A DNA stretch of 64,000 bases from an uncultured Gemmatimonadaceae bacterium (GCA_963751275.1 CAVVTZ010000009.1:544001-608000), one strand, 5' to 3'; numbered from the stretch's first letter, positions 45,479-55,802 are shown. Notes: generated from the letters alone by a model not told the origin. Made by a program: numbers and translations.

Positions 45479-46246
45479 CTACACCTTGATCAGGATCGAG
45501 AGACAGGTCGGGCCGCCCTCGGCTTTCTGGAGTTCCGAGAGATCGAGGGTGCGGCATTGGAAGCCGGCGCGTTCGAGGACGGCGCGAGTGGCGGGGAAAC
45601 TCGCGGGCATGACAAGTGTGCCGTTCACATCCAGAACACTCGCGCCCCAGGGTTCGTGCTTCGGGACGTCGATCACGCGCAGATCCTTGAACGCGGCGAG
45701 GTCCGTCCATTCGGGATTCGCGAGCACGGTATTGCGGCCGGCGTACGTCACGGCGGTCTTCAGGTGCAGCGCGCCCTTCACGGCGACGGGGACCACCGTG
45801 TAGCCGAGTGGAGTGAGGAGCGCGTGGAGCTGCTCGAGGCCGGCGGGGTTCGTGCGCTTGGAGAGTCCGACGTACACCGTGCGGCCGGCCTGGATGACAT
45901 CGCCGCCGTCGAGCGTGGCGGGGGGCGCGAGGCGCTGAAGCAGGCGGTAGCGCTTGAGCGTGTCGGTGAGCAGCTCGCCCTCGGCGGCGCGCGACGGTGC
46001 GCCGGGGGTCGTGATCACCGCGCATTCATCGACGACCACCGCGGCGTCCTCGACGAACACGGCGTCGGGGAATTCATCGCGAGCGGGAAGGTGCACGATC
46101 GTGGCGCCGAGCGATTCGAGGGCCTCCTCGTAGGCGCGATGCTGCTGGCGCGCGAGCTTGAGGTCGATCGGCTCGCGCTGCTTGTACGTCAACTGACCTT
46201 CGTCGAGGGTCGAGCTGACGCCGCGGGTGACGGCGATTAAGGGCAA
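45479..46246 (-). CDS. Dimethylarginine dimethylaminohydrolase (amidinotransferase fold)
   Basis: PDAVFVED, LDGGDV, LHLKT, GGPTCLS. Confidence 0.92.
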   Translation of the reverse strand: MPLIAVTRGVSSTLDEGQLTYKQREPIDLKLARQQHRAYEEALESLGATIVHLPARDEFPDAVFVEDAAVVVDECAVITTPGAPSRAAEGELLTDTLKRYRLLQRLAPPATLDGGDVIQAGRTVYVGLSKRTNPAGLEQLHALLTPLGYTVVPVAVKGALHLKTAVTYAGRNTVLANPEWTDLAAFKDLRVIDVPKHEPWGASVLDVNGTLVMPASFPATRAVLERAGFQCRTLDLSELQKAEGGPTCLSILIKV

Positions 46247-46342
46247 GGGGAAACGGGAAACGGGAAACGATGAATTGCTTACGTGCTTGAAGCTAACGAA
46301 ATCGCACCTCTCAGAATCGGCTTTCTCGCTGCGACCGGCAGC

Positions 46343-46559
46343 TCACTACAACTGCCTGGAGGCAGATGACGCGGATGACGCGGAAAATCGCGGACCGCTC
46401 CTTGCGGCGTACGAGCACCTGGGGCGGCGGCGAACCGCCTACTTGCTGTTTACAACAAAGACAAGAACTGTCCAGCGACTCGCTGAATGTCGAGCGAGCG
46501 CGGAACGATCTGCGTTCTCCGCGCCCTCCGCGTCATCCGCGTACAAGCAGTTGTGGTGA
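46343..46559. repeat. Spaced inverted repeat built from 9-mer units (ACGCGGATG)
   Basis: tcactacaactgc/gcagttgtggtga and acgcggatgacgcgga/tccgcgtcatccgcgt. Confidence 0.75.
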
Positions 46560-46596
46560 ACCAAACGCGAGACTCATCTGACCCGGACGGCGCGAT

Positions 46597-47322
46597 CTAC
46601 TTCGTCTTCGACTCCGACCGCATCTTGTTGATCATCGCCTGCGAGATGGACATCCCGCCGTACCGCTCCTCGGTCCACGGATCGCCGCGCATGTGGTAGC
46701 CGTTCTGCTCCCAGAAGCCGGGGAGGTCGAAGTCGAGCAGTTCGAGGCCGCGCACCCATTTCGCGCTCTTCCAGAAATAGAGATGCGGCACGAGGAGGCG
46801 CAGCGGCCAGCCGTGGTCGGGGGAGAGCGGCATGCCGTTGTGCGCCCAGGTGAGCAGGTTCTCGGGGCGGTCGAGATCGCTGAGGGGCAGGTTGGTGGTG
46901 AAGCCCTGCTCGGCGTGCACCAGTACGTGCGACGCATTCGGCTTCACGCCGGCGCGCTTCAACAAGTCGGAGACGGACACACCCGTGAATCGGTTGTCGA
47001 GCCGGCTCCAGCGCGTCACGCAGTGGATGTCACACAGCGTCTCCCTGTGCGGGAGCGCCATGAGTTCGTCGTAGGTCAGCGAGAACGGCTGCTCGACGAG
47101 GCCCTTGATCTCGAACGTCCAGTTCTTGAGATCGACGCGCGGCACGTCGCCGTAGTGGAGCACGGGCCATTTCTCGGTCTTCACCTGGCGCGGCGGCACG
47201 CGATCGCGATCGGTGGGGCGCGCGTCGACGACGGGATCTTTGTCGGCCACGGGGATCTCCAGGCGCGGAGGGCGAGTGCCGGTGCGGCCGATCAACCAGC
47301 CGCTCAGACGATCGAATACCAT
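46597..47322 (-). CDS. Sulfite-oxidase-like molybdopterin oxidoreductase
   Basis: DIHCVTRWS, HGWPLRL.VP.LYFWKSAKW, GFWE.NGYH..GDPW.EERY. Confidence 0.93.
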   Translation of the reverse strand: MVFDRLSGWLIGRTGTRPPRLEIPVADKDPVVDARPTDRDRVPPRQVKTEKWPVLHYGDVPRVDLKNWTFEIKGLVEQPFSLTYDELMALPHRETLCDIHCVTRWSRLDNRFTGVSVSDLLKRAGVKPNASHVLVHAEQGFTTNLPLSDLDRPENLLTWAHNGMPLSPDHGWPLRLLVPHLYFWKSAKWVRGLELLDFDLPGFWEQNGYHMRGDPWTEERYGGMSISQAMINKMRSESKTK

Positions 47323-47368
47323 AACTACAAACTAATCGCGGCACGAATCACCACGAACGTCAGTGGCA

Positions 47369-47510
47369 CCCCGGACTCCGTATTTGGTCCCCCGAACGCC
47401 GTTGATAGCAATTGAGGCGTGGTCACGGCTAAGGCGTTCCTAGAAACGCCCTAGCCGTGACCACGCCTCAATTGCTATCGACGGCGTTCGGGGACTAAGT
47501 ACGCAGTTCG
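47369..47510. repeat. Empty hairpin element, a close relative of the cassette 2 arms
   Basis: Arms at about 47379-47431 and 47452-47503; aligns with 29418-29490. Confidence 0.9.
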
Positions 47511-47525
47511 TAGTGCGATGCAAGT

Positions 47526-47555
47526 CGCCCCCGGCCAAGGAATCGGCCGGGGGCG
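47526..47555 (-). terminator. Hairpin downstream of hsp20
   Basis: cgcccccggcc/ggccgggggcg. Confidence 0.6.
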
Positions 47556-47578
47556 TTTCACGATCTGATCCGTTGAAC

Positions 47579-48037
47579 TCAGTTGCTCTTGATCGGGATC
47601 AGCCGGTCCTTCGCTTCCGCTGTCTTCGGCAGGTGGATCGTGAGCACGCCGTTCGAGAACGTGGCGTTCACCTTGTCCGCGCTGACGTTGGTCGGGAGCG
47701 AGAACGAACGGGAGAACGACCCGTAGTTCCGCTCATAGACCAGATACCGCTTCGTGTCGCTCTCTTCCTTCCGCTCCTCTTTCTTCTCGCCGCGGATCGT
47801 GAGCACGTTGTTCTGCAGCACGATCTCGACGTCCTCTTTGACCATCCCCGGGAGCTCGCAGCTCACGATGATGTCCTCGCCCTTCTCCGTCACTTCCACG
47901 CTCGGCACCCAGCCCACGCTCGGCGCGAACGCGTCCGAGAACGAGTCGCCGAACAGGGTGCGGAAACGCGCCGGCATCGAGCTGAGCGGGCTGTAGCTCT
48001 CGAGGGACGGGATGCGGGTCATCAGTTTGGTCGACAT
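47579..48037 (-). CDS. Hsp20/alpha-crystallin small heat-shock protein
   Basis: ELPG, LTIRGEK, ER.YGSF.RSF.LP, NGVLTI.LPK; AGGAGG RBS. Confidence 0.96.
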   Translation of the reverse strand: MSTKLMTRIPSLESYSPLSSMPARFRTLFGDSFSDAFAPSVGWVPSVEVTEKGEDIIVSCELPGMVKEDVEIVLQNNVLTIRGEKKEERKEESDTKRYLVYERNYGSFSRSFSLPTNVSADKVNATFSNGVLTIHLPKTAEAKDRLIPIKSN

Positions 48038-48456
48038 AAGGCCTCCTGGCCTGGCGATCATCCGGGCGGCGGCCCAAACCGCGCCGCGCGCTGGACGATC
48101 CATACGATTCATTGTCGTCGAAGACATAGTACCAAAAGGTGCAAGCCCGCGCAGTGGCGAAATCGCTTACGTCACGATTACCCCCTCCTGTACGCCAATG
48201 CCCTCGCCAACGGCCCGCCCGCGGCCCAAATTCCGGCGAACGCGGACGGAAAGTGAGGGAATTCCCGACAACGCCGCATTCCCCTCGCCCGTACCCTCCC
48301 AAGTAACGCCATGGCAGTGATTTCCGGTCGCTCCGTGAACCCGCTCTCGAGGGAAGCACCTCTGTCCAACGCCGCCTTTCCAGCGCGACACTCGCCGTCG
48401 AATGTCTCGGCGTCGCGCATCGGTTTGGTTCGAAGTGGGCGCTGCGCGGCGTCACC

Positions 48457-49080
48457 ATGACCCTCGGCGCCGGCGAGATCATCGCCCTCGTCGGCAAGAA
48501 TGGGAGCGGGAAGAGCACGCTGGTTCGCGCGATCGCGACGGCGCTCCGTCCCACCAAGGGCACGATCCGCGTCTATGGCAACGACACGCGCGCCGATCCC
48601 GGCGCGGTGCGCGAGACCTGCGCGATCGTCGGCCACGCCACCGGCGTGTACGAGGATCTCACGGTCATCGAGAACCTCCGCTTCGCGTGCAGGATGGCGG
48701 GCGAACCGCACGACGACGCGCGCCTCCTTGCCGTGCTCGAACGCGTGAACCTCGCGCACGAAGCGAACGCGCGCGGCCGCGAGCTCTCGGCCGGCCAGCA
48801 GCGCCGCATCGCGCTCTCGCGCGTGTTGCTGCGCCCGGTGCGGCTGCTGCTGCTCGATGAGCCGTACACGAGCTTCGACGATGATGGCGTCGCGAACGTG
48901 AACGACATGCTGGTGGATCTGCGCGCGCGCGGCGGCTCGGCCATCGTGATCACGCACGAGATGGAGCGTGTGCGCGGGATCATCGATCGCACCGTGCGCC
49001 TCGACGCCGGCCTCGTCTTCGAGCCCTCGCTCACCCCCACCGGCGCGATGCCGGCCTTCAAGGCGGTGCGCCATGGCTGA
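48457..49080 (+). CDS. ccmA: Heme export ABC ATPase CcmA (true start probably about 70-120 bp upstream)
   Basis: GKNGSGKS, LSAGQQRR, LLLDEP; the frame is open upstream (LAVECLGVAHRFG). Confidence 0.9.
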   Translation: MTLGAGEIIALVGKNGSGKSTLVRAIATALRPTKGTIRVYGNDTRADPGAVRETCAIVGHATGVYEDLTVIENLRFACRMAGEPHDDARLLAVLERVNLAHEANARGRELSAGQQRRIALSRVLLRPVRLLLLDEPYTSFDDDGVANVNDMLVDLRARGGSAIVITHEMERVRGIIDRTVRLDAGLVFEPSLTPTGAMPAFKAVRHG

Positions 49081-49768
49081 GCGCGTTTGGGCGCGCGAGT
49101 TCTCGCGGATGGGCGCGGTGGCCTGGAAGGACATGGCGGTGGAGCGCCGCACGAAGGCCAATTTCAATTCGGTGGTCTTCTTCGCCGTGCTCACGCTGCT
49201 GCTCTTCGGCTTCGCGCTGGGCGCCGACACCGACGCGCTCAAGGCGGCGAGCGCCGGCGTGCTTTGGCTGACGGTGCTCTTCTCCGGCGTGCTCGTGTTC
49301 AACCGGTCGTACCAGACCGAGCTCGAGACGGGCGCCCTCGAGATCCTACTATTATATCCCGGCGAGCGCTGGGCGATCTTCGCCGGCAAGCTCCTCGCGA
49401 ACCTCGCCTTCGTGGTGCTCGTGGAGATCGTGATCCTGCCGGTGGCGGTGGTGCTGTACCACATGCCGCTCGGCCGCGCGCCGTTCGCGGTGGCCGGCGT
49501 GATGCTGCTCGGCACCTTCGGGTTCGTCACGCTCGGCACGTTCTACGCGGCGATGGCGAGCCGCCTCCGCTCGCGCGAAGTGCTGCTGCCGCTGTTGCTC
49601 TTCCCCATGCTGGTGCCGGTGTTGATCGCGGCCGTGCAGTCCACGGCGGCGTATCTGAACGGCGATGCGATGGGTGACAGTGCCACCTGGGTCCGTTTGC
49701 TGATCCTCTTTGATGCCATCTTCCTCGTCGCCGCACTGCTGGCGTTCGAGCACGTGATCGAGGGCTAA
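49073..49768 (+). CDS. ccmB: Heme exporter CcmB
   Basis: Hydrophobic protein; LLPLLLFP..VP.LI. Confidence 0.92.
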   Translation: MAERVWAREFSRMGAVAWKDMAVERRTKANFNSVVFFAVLTLLLFGFALGADTDALKAASAGVLWLTVLFSGVLVFNRSYQTELETGALEILLLYPGERWAIFAGKLLANLAFVVLVEIVILPVAVVLYHMPLGRAPFAVAGVMLLGTFGFVTLGTFYAAMASRLRSREVLLPLLLFPMLVPVLIAAVQSTAAYLNGDAMGDSATWVRLLILFDAIFLVAALLAFEHVIEG

Positions 49769-49770
49769 CG

Positions 49771-50481
49771 ATGACCGATGTGAATACCGGACCGGCGGCG
49801 GTGTCCCGCGGGAAGATGTTCGCGGCGGGCGCGGCGACGCTGGTGATCCTCGCCGCCACGCAGACGTGGGCGATCATGAACTCGCCGCCCGACCGTGACA
49901 TGGGGAACCTGCAGAAGATCATGTACGTGCACGTGCCGAGCGCGTGGAGCTTCTTCATCGCGTTCTTCGTGGTGCTGGTGGCGAGCGTGATGTACCTCGC
50001 GACGCGCGAGGAGAAATACGACCTGATCGCCGCGAGCGCCGCCGAGGCGGGCGCGCTCTTGACCGCGTTGGCGCTGCTCACGGGATCGATCTGGGGGCGG
50101 GAGACGTGGGGCGCGTGGTGGACGTGGGACGCGCGGCTCACGAGCACCGCGATCCTTTTGCTCATCTACATCGGGTACCTTTCGCTGCGGGCCGCGACGG
50201 AGGATCCGGAGCGGCGCGCGCGGTGGAGCGCGGCGGTGGGGATCCTGGGCGCGATCAACGTGCCGATCGTGTACATGTCCGTGCGCTGGTGGCGCACGTT
50301 GCATCAAGTGCAATCGAGCCCGAGCACCGTGGCGGGTTCATACGTCGCCGGCTTGCGGATCAATGCGGTGGCGATGCTGCTGGTCACCGTGTGGTTCATC
50401 GTGGCGCGCTACCGCGCCGCGGTGATCGAGCGCGCCGGCGCGGAGCTGGCGGAGAATGCGGCCCTGGGCGGGAGAGCGTGA
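49771..50481 (+). CDS. ccmC: Heme exporter CcmC
   Basis: YVHVP, WG..WG.WW.WD.RLT, WWRTLHQ. Confidence 0.95.
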   Translation: MTDVNTGPAAVSRGKMFAAGAATLVILAATQTWAIMNSPPDRDMGNLQKIMYVHVPSAWSFFIAFFVVLVASVMYLATREEKYDLIAASAAEAGALLTALALLTGSIWGRETWGAWWTWDARLTSTAILLLIYIGYLSLRAATEDPERRARWSAAVGILGAINVPIVYMSVRWWRTLHQVQSSPSTVAGSYVAGLRINAVAMLLVTVWFIVARYRAAVIERAGAELAENAALGGRA

Positions 50482-50642
50482 TGCCGACTATCAATGAATG
50501 GAACTACATCATCGCGGCGTACGCGGCCGTGTGGGTGGGATTCATCGTGTACTACATCCGGCTCGCGCGGCTGTCGCGGCGCGCCGAAGAAGCCTATCAC
50601 GCGGCACGCGGGCATTCGGGCTCGCCAGGGAGGGTAGTCTGA
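50481..50642 (+). CDS. ccmD: CcmD-like small membrane protein
   Basis: YIIAAY..VW hydrophobic helix with basic tail, between ccmC and ccmE. Confidence 0.75.
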   Translation: MPTINEWNYIIAAYAAVWVGFIVYYIRLARLSRRAEEAYHAARGHSGSPGRVV

Positions 50643-51095
50643 TGGGCGCAAAGAGTACGAAGCGCACCGTGATCATCGCCGGCGCGCTGGTGTTCGTGGC
50701 CGCCTTCGCGTACCTGCTGTTCGGCGGCATCGGGAACAACCTCGTGTACTTCCTCACGCCGAGTGAGCTCTTGGCCAAGGGAACGGCGGTGTACGACACA
50801 CCGGTGAGGCTGGGCGGCCAGGTGGTGCCGGGGAGCGTGAAGTGGGACGCGGCGAACGTGGACCTGCGATTCATGATGCAGGACGGCAAGGCGCAGGTGG
50901 CGGTGCATTCGCACGGCGCACCTCCGCAGAATGTTCCGCGATGGGATCGGCGTGGTGGTGGAGGGCCGGTACAGCGCGAGCGGCACGTTCGACGCGACGA
51001 ATCTCCTGGTGAAGCACTCGAATGAGTACAAGCCGCCGAAGCCGGGCCAACAGCCCGAGGAAATGTACAAGTCACTGATGAAGGGAGCGCCATAA
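50642..51095 (+). CDS. ccmE: Heme chaperone CcmE; frameshift near 50930
   Basis: YFLTP, RLGG.V..GS, PPQ|MFRDG.GVVVEG, LVKHSNEY. Confidence 0.9.
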
Positions 51096-53131
51096 TGCTG
51101 AATGCGATCGGTTCGAGCGCGCTGATGGTGGCGCTGGCGATCTCCGTGCTGGGGCTGGTGACGGCGGCGGTGGGCGGCCGGCGGCGCGATGCCGCGTGGA
51201 TCCGCGGTGCGTACGCGGCCGCGTACGTGAATTTCGCGCTGTTGATCATCGCGTCGGCCGCGATGGTGACCGCGCTGGTCACGCATGATTTCAGCGTCAG
51301 CTACGTGGCGCAGGTGGGGAGCCGCTCCACGCCGCTCTTCTATACGATCATCTCGCTCTGGGGCGCGCTCGAGGGATCGATCCTGCTCTGGGGACTCGTG
51401 CTCACCGGCTATACGGCGGCCGTCGTGTATTTCAACCGCCAGCGCGCGGGGCAGTTGATGCCGTACGCCGCGGCGACGCTGTTCGGGATCGCGACGTTCT
51501 TCCTGATCCTGCTCGTGGGCCCGGCGAACCCGTTCCATACAGTGTTCCCGGTGCCGTTCGACGGACCGGGACCGAATCCGCTGCTGCAGAACCATCCGCT
51601 CATGGCGGTGCATCCGCCGTTCCTGTATCTCGGCTACGTCGGGATGTCGGTGCCGTTCGCGTTCGCGATCGGCGCGCTGCTCTCCGGCGAGACCGGCGGC
51701 GACTGGATCCGGATCACGCGCCGCTGGACAATGGTCGCGTGGGGCTTCCTCGGCTTCGCGATCGTGGCCGGCATGTGGTGGAGCTACGACGTGCTCGGCT
51801 GGGGCGGCTACTGGGCGTGGGATCCGGTAGAGAACGCGAGCTTCATGCCGTGGCTCACGGCCACGGCGTTCATCCACTCGGAACTCGTGGAAGAGCGGCG
51901 CGGGATGCTCCGCGTGTGGAACATGACGCTGGTGGTCGCGACGTTCGTGCTCACGATCCTCGGCACCTTCCTCACGCGCAGCGGGATCCTCAGCTCCGTG
52001 CACGCGTTCGCCGAAGGGGTGGTCGGCTACTACTTCCTGGGCTTCATCGCGCTGGTGCTGGTGGGCTCGATGGTGCTGCTGGCGGGGCGCAGCACGTCGC
52101 TCAAGAGCACGGGGAATCTGGATTCGCTCTGGAGCCGCGAGACCGTCATCCTGTTCAACAATCTGCTGCTCTGCGGATTCATGTTCACTGTGCTGCTGGG
52201 CACGCTCTTCCCGCTCGTGGCGGAGGCGGTGCGCGGCGAGAAGTTCAAGGTGAGCGTGGGGGCGCCGTTCTTCAACACGATGACGCTGCCGATCTGCGCG
52301 GCGCTGCTGCTGTTGATGGGCGTGGGGCCGGCGCTGCCGTGGCGCAGCGCGAGCAACGAGCAACTGAAGAAACAACTGATCCCGCCCACCGTGGTGGCGC
52401 TCATCGTCGCCGTGGGATCGATGGTCGCGGGGTTGCGGCAGCCGTACGCGATCGCGGCGTTCGCGTTCGGCGCGTTCGCGATCGTGGCGAACCTGCGCGA
52501 GTACTGGCGCGGCGCGCGGGCGCGGATGCGGTCGCTGGGCGAGAACTTCTTCGTCGCGCTCTCGCAGCTGTTCCGCGTGAACCGCCGGCGCTACGGCGGC
52601 TATCTCGCGCACCTTGGTGTGCTGGTGCTGGCGCTTGGCGTGACCGGCAGCAGCGCGTTCCGCATGGAGCGCGAGGCGACGATCGCACCGGGCGGCACCA
52701 TCACGCTGGGCGGCTACACCGTGCGCATGAACCAGATGTGGGGGCGCGAGGAACCGCAGCGCGTGGTGGTGGGCGCTGATCTGTGGGTCGAGCGCGGGGG
52801 CAAGCGGGTGGGCTCGCTGGATCCGCGGCTCAACTATTACCGGACGTCGGACCAGCCGATCGCGACGCCGGCGGTGCGCAGCCGCGGTGACGCGGATCTG
52901 TACGTGAATCTGATGGCGTTCGAGCGCGACGGCTCGTCGGCGACGCTGCGCGTGCTGGTGGAACCGCTGGTCGCGTGGATCTGGTTCGGCGGCATGGTCG
53001 TGGCGCTGGGTGCGCTCATTTGCGTGTGGCCGGTGGGCAAGGGACCGCGCAGTGCGCGCGCGCCGCGCAGCGGAACGCTCGACATGGCGGAGGACGAGGA
53101 GCTGGCCGTCGCGGCCGGAGGGGCGCAATGA
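51095..53131 (+). CDS. ccmF: Heme lyase CcmF
   Basis: NPLLQ, HPP.LYLGY, LGWGGYWAWDPVENASFMPW, SVHAF. Confidence 0.97.
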   Translation: MLNAIGSSALMVALAISVLGLVTAAVGGRRRDAAWIRGAYAAAYVNFALLIIASAAMVTALVTHDFSVSYVAQVGSRSTPLFYTIISLWGALEGSILLWGLVLTGYTAAVVYFNRQRAGQLMPYAAATLFGIATFFLILLVGPANPFHTVFPVPFDGPGPNPLLQNHPLMAVHPPFLYLGYVGMSVPFAFAIGALLSGETGGDWIRITRRWTMVAWGFLGFAIVAGMWWSYDVLGWGGYWAWDPVENASFMPWLTATAFIHSELVEERRGMLRVWNMTLVVATFVLTILGTFLTRSGILSSVHAFAEGVVGYYFLGFIALVLVGSMVLLAGRSTSLKSTGNLDSLWSRETVILFNNLLLCGFMFTVLLGTLFPLVAEAVRGEKFKVSVGAPFFNTMTLPICAALLLLMGVGPALPWRSASNEQLKKQLIPPTVVALIVAVGSMVAGLRQPYAIAAFAFGAFAIVANLREYWRGARARMRSLGENFFVALSQLFRVNRRRYGGYLAHLGVLVLALGVTGSSAFRMEREATIAPGGTITLGGYTVRMNQMWGREEPQRVVVGADLWVERGGKRVGSLDPRLNYYRTSDQPIATPAVRSRGDADLYVNLMAFERDGSSATLRVLVEPLVAWIWFGGMVVALGALICVWPVGKGPRSARAPRSGTLDMAEDEELAVAAGGAQ

Positions 53132-53712
53132 GCTGGGGCCGGGCACTGATCGCGGCGGTGGCGGCGGGCGTCATCATCGCGCTGCTGGCGTTCGGGATGA
53201 CGCGCGATCCGCGCTCCATCCCGAGTCCGCTGCCGGGGCAGGTCGCGCCGCACTTCGCGCTCGCGGTGTTCTCCTTCCCGTCGAACGGCCCGCAACCGCC
53301 GGCGGCGGTGACCACGCAGCTGCGCGACACCATCCGGCTCGACTCGCTCAAGGGGAAAGTGGTGGTGCTGAACTTCTGGGCGAGCTGGTGCCTGGCGTGC
53401 CGCGACGAACATGTGGCGCTCTCGGCCGCCGCTGAGGCGCTCAAGGGGACCGACGCGCACTTCTACGGCGTGCTCTACCAGGACATCCCGCAGAACGGAC
53501 GCGACTGGATCGCGAAGATGGGCGGGCAGTCGTACCCGGGCTTGTACGACCCGGATTCGCGCACCGCGATCGACTATGGATTGTACGGCGTGCCGGAGAC
53601 CTTCTTCATCGGGCGCAACGGCAAGGTCCGTTACAAATACGTGGGCGCGGTCACGACCGACATCCTGATGGACACCGTGCGGGCGATGCTCGCGGAGAAA
53701 TCGGCGCCATGA
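53128..53712 (+). CDS. ccmG: CcmG/DsbE thiol:disulfide oxidoreductase
   Basis: NFWASWCLAC; YGVPETF. Confidence 0.92.
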   Translation: MSWGRALIAAVAAGVIIALLAFGMTRDPRSIPSPLPGQVAPHFALAVFSFPSNGPQPPAAVTTQLRDTIRLDSLKGKVVVLNFWASWCLACRDEHVALSAAAEALKGTDAHFYGVLYQDIPQNGRDWIAKMGGQSYPGLYDPDSRTAIDYGLYGVPETFFIGRNGKVRYKYVGAVTTDILMDTVRAMLAEKSAP

Positions 53713-54155
53713 GGAATGCGCTGAGGATCGCGTGCATCACGCTCGCGCTCGCGGCGGCGCAGTTAGCCCCCGCCCAGGGGCCGGAAGCGTCGGGGAAAAT
53801 AATTCCAGGGTCAGGGGATTCCCGACTGGACGACTCGGTCCGCGCCGTATCTTCCCAGCTACGATGCCCGGTCTGCCAGGGCGAATCGATCCAGGAATCA
53901 CCGGCGGAGCTGGCGAAGGAGATGCGGGACGTGGTTCGCGAGCAACTCGCGGCCGGCCGCTCGAGCGATGAAGTGAAGGCGTATTTCGTGAGCAAGTATG
54001 GCGAGTGGATCCTGCTGAAACCGGAAGCGCACGGAGCGAATCTCGCCGTCTATTTGTTGCCGTTGGCGTTGTTGTTGGGTGGGGCGGTGCTGATCGTCGT
54101 CGCAGTCCGGCGGTGGATCCGCCCGCGTTCGGAAGGACAAGTAGACTCGCCATAA
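53709..54155 (+). CDS. ccmH: CcmH/CycL
   Basis: LRCPVCQGESI.ES; YGEWILL.P. Confidence 0.93.
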   Translation: MRNALRIACITLALAAAQLAPAQGPEASGKIIPGSGDSRLDDSVRAVSSQLRCPVCQGESIQESPAELAKEMRDVVREQLAAGRSSDEVKAYFVSKYGEWILLKPEAHGANLAVYLLPLALLLGGAVLIVVAVRRWIRPRSEGQVDSP

Positions 54156-54208
54156 TCCACCGGTCTCATGGGCGAGTCCTCGGTGAACGGTCAAAGGGAG
54201 AAGCGGCC

Positions 54209-55687
54209 ATGAGAGTGCCAAGTCATTCGGGCTGGATGCGGTTGATGGTGACGGTCGCGGCGGGCGCGGGACTGCTCGGCTGCACCGACACTGTCTACAA
54301 GGATTTCCCGGGATTCGCGCCGCCGCCCGCGGCCGCTGGATCGTATCTCGGTTATACGAGCAGCTCGGGGAAGCTCCCCGTCTGCGGCAATTGCCATGCG
54401 AGCCATCAGGCGCTGTGGAGCACCGCGAAGCACTCGACCGCGTGGGCCGATCTGCAAGCGAGCGGCCATGCGGGCCCGACGTGCAACGCGTGTCACTCCG
54501 TGAACAGCCTGGGCAATGACACCGGCACCGCGAAGAACGGCTATATCGGCTCGCCGACCGAGCGCTACCAGGACGTGCAGTGTGAAGCCTGCCACGGCCC
54601 CGGCCAGAACCATGTCGACAATCCGGAGACTATCGCGAGCCAGCCGGTGCCTTCGCTGTACGTTGGCGTGGGCGTGAACACGAGCTGCGGCGGCTGCCAC
54701 ACGGGCACGCACGAACCGTTCGTGGAGGAGTGGTCGCAGTCGGCGCACGGGATCGTGCCTGACTTCGCGGCCGGCGCGGGCAACACGTCCTGCCAGCCCT
54801 GTCACACAGGCCAGGTGGCCCTGAAGGCGACGATGGGCGTGACGACCACCTACAAGGAAATGAACAACCCGCTCACGACGCAGGGACCGAACGGCGCCCT
54901 CACGATCGTTTGCGCGGTCTGCCATGATCCGCACGGCAGCCCGAACAAGGGTCAGACCCGCTTCCCGGTGGACACCGTGGACGTCGCGACGAACCTGTGC
55001 GCGCGCTGCCACAACCGGAACGCGGCGCCGAACGCGAGCACCACGACCCGTGGGCCGCACGCGCCGGAAGGCCCGCTCCTCATCGGCGACAACAATGTGG
55101 GCTGGCGGCCGCCGAACATGACCGTGGACAACATCCATGGTACGCACGGCGACACGACGAAGAATACCGCGCTGTGCGCGACGTGCCACGTCTTCAAGAG
55201 CACATCCACTGACTCGAATGGCATCCAGTTCTTCTCGACGGGCCACCTCTTCCTGGCGATCCCGTGCACGGATGTCAACGGCAAGCCGATCCCGGGCGAC
55301 TGCACCGAGACGAGCCGCACGTTCAGTGCGTGCGCGTCGTCGACCTGCCATTCGTCGGGCGCGGTGGCGAAGAGCCTGATGGACAATGAAGTCGTCCAGA
55401 TCAACGCGCTGCTCAACACGCTGTACGGGTTGCTGACGAACCAGACCAAGGTCCCGTGCACGGCGTACACGTCGACGACCGGTTCCCCCTGGACCACTGC
55501 GCGTGGAGCACGCTTCAACTATCTGCTGGCCGCGCAGGCGGGAACGGCGGTAGCGGGGCAGATGTGCGGAAGCAACCTCGCGCTGCCTCCCGCAGTCAGC
55601 AAGCTTGGATCCGCGGTGCACAACGTGCCGCTGATGGAGCAGTTGCTGCAGAACAGCATCACGCAGGTGCAGCACGACTACCCGTAA
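54209..55687 (+). CDS. Multiheme cytochrome c lipoprotein (8 CxxCH plus 1 CX4CH)
   Basis: LLGC lipobox; CGNCH, CNACH, CEACH, CGGCH, CQPCH, CAVCH, CARCH, CATCH and CASSTCH. Confidence 0.92.
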   Translation: MRVPSHSGWMRLMVTVAAGAGLLGCTDTVYKDFPGFAPPPAAAGSYLGYTSSSGKLPVCGNCHASHQALWSTAKHSTAWADLQASGHAGPTCNACHSVNSLGNDTGTAKNGYIGSPTERYQDVQCEACHGPGQNHVDNPETIASQPVPSLYVGVGVNTSCGGCHTGTHEPFVEEWSQSAHGIVPDFAAGAGNTSCQPCHTGQVALKATMGVTTTYKEMNNPLTTQGPNGALTIVCAVCHDPHGSPNKGQTRFPVDTVDVATNLCARCHNRNAAPNASTTTRGPHAPEGPLLIGDNNVGWRPPNMTVDNIHGTHGDTTKNTALCATCHVFKSTSTDSNGIQFFSTGHLFLAIPCTDVNGKPIPGDCTETSRTFSACASSTCHSSGAVAKSLMDNEVVQINALLNTLYGLLTNQTKVPCTAYTSTTGSPWTTARGARFNYLLAAQAGTAVAGQMCGSNLALPPAVSKLGSAVHNVPLMEQLLQNSITQVQHDYP

Positions 55688-55743
55688 GCCGAACTCGCTG
55701 GACAGGAAGGGAGGCGACCTGTAGTCATAGAGTCGGGAATGGA

Positions 55744-55770
55744 CACCGGGGGGCGATCTGCCCCCCGGTG
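55744..55770 (+). terminator. Intergenic GC hairpin (terminator or mRNA stabiliser)
   Basis: caccggggggc-gatct-gccccccggtg. Confidence 0.55.
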
Positions 55771-55802
55771 CATGTCCGGAACCCGCTCACCGAAGGGGTC
55801 AC

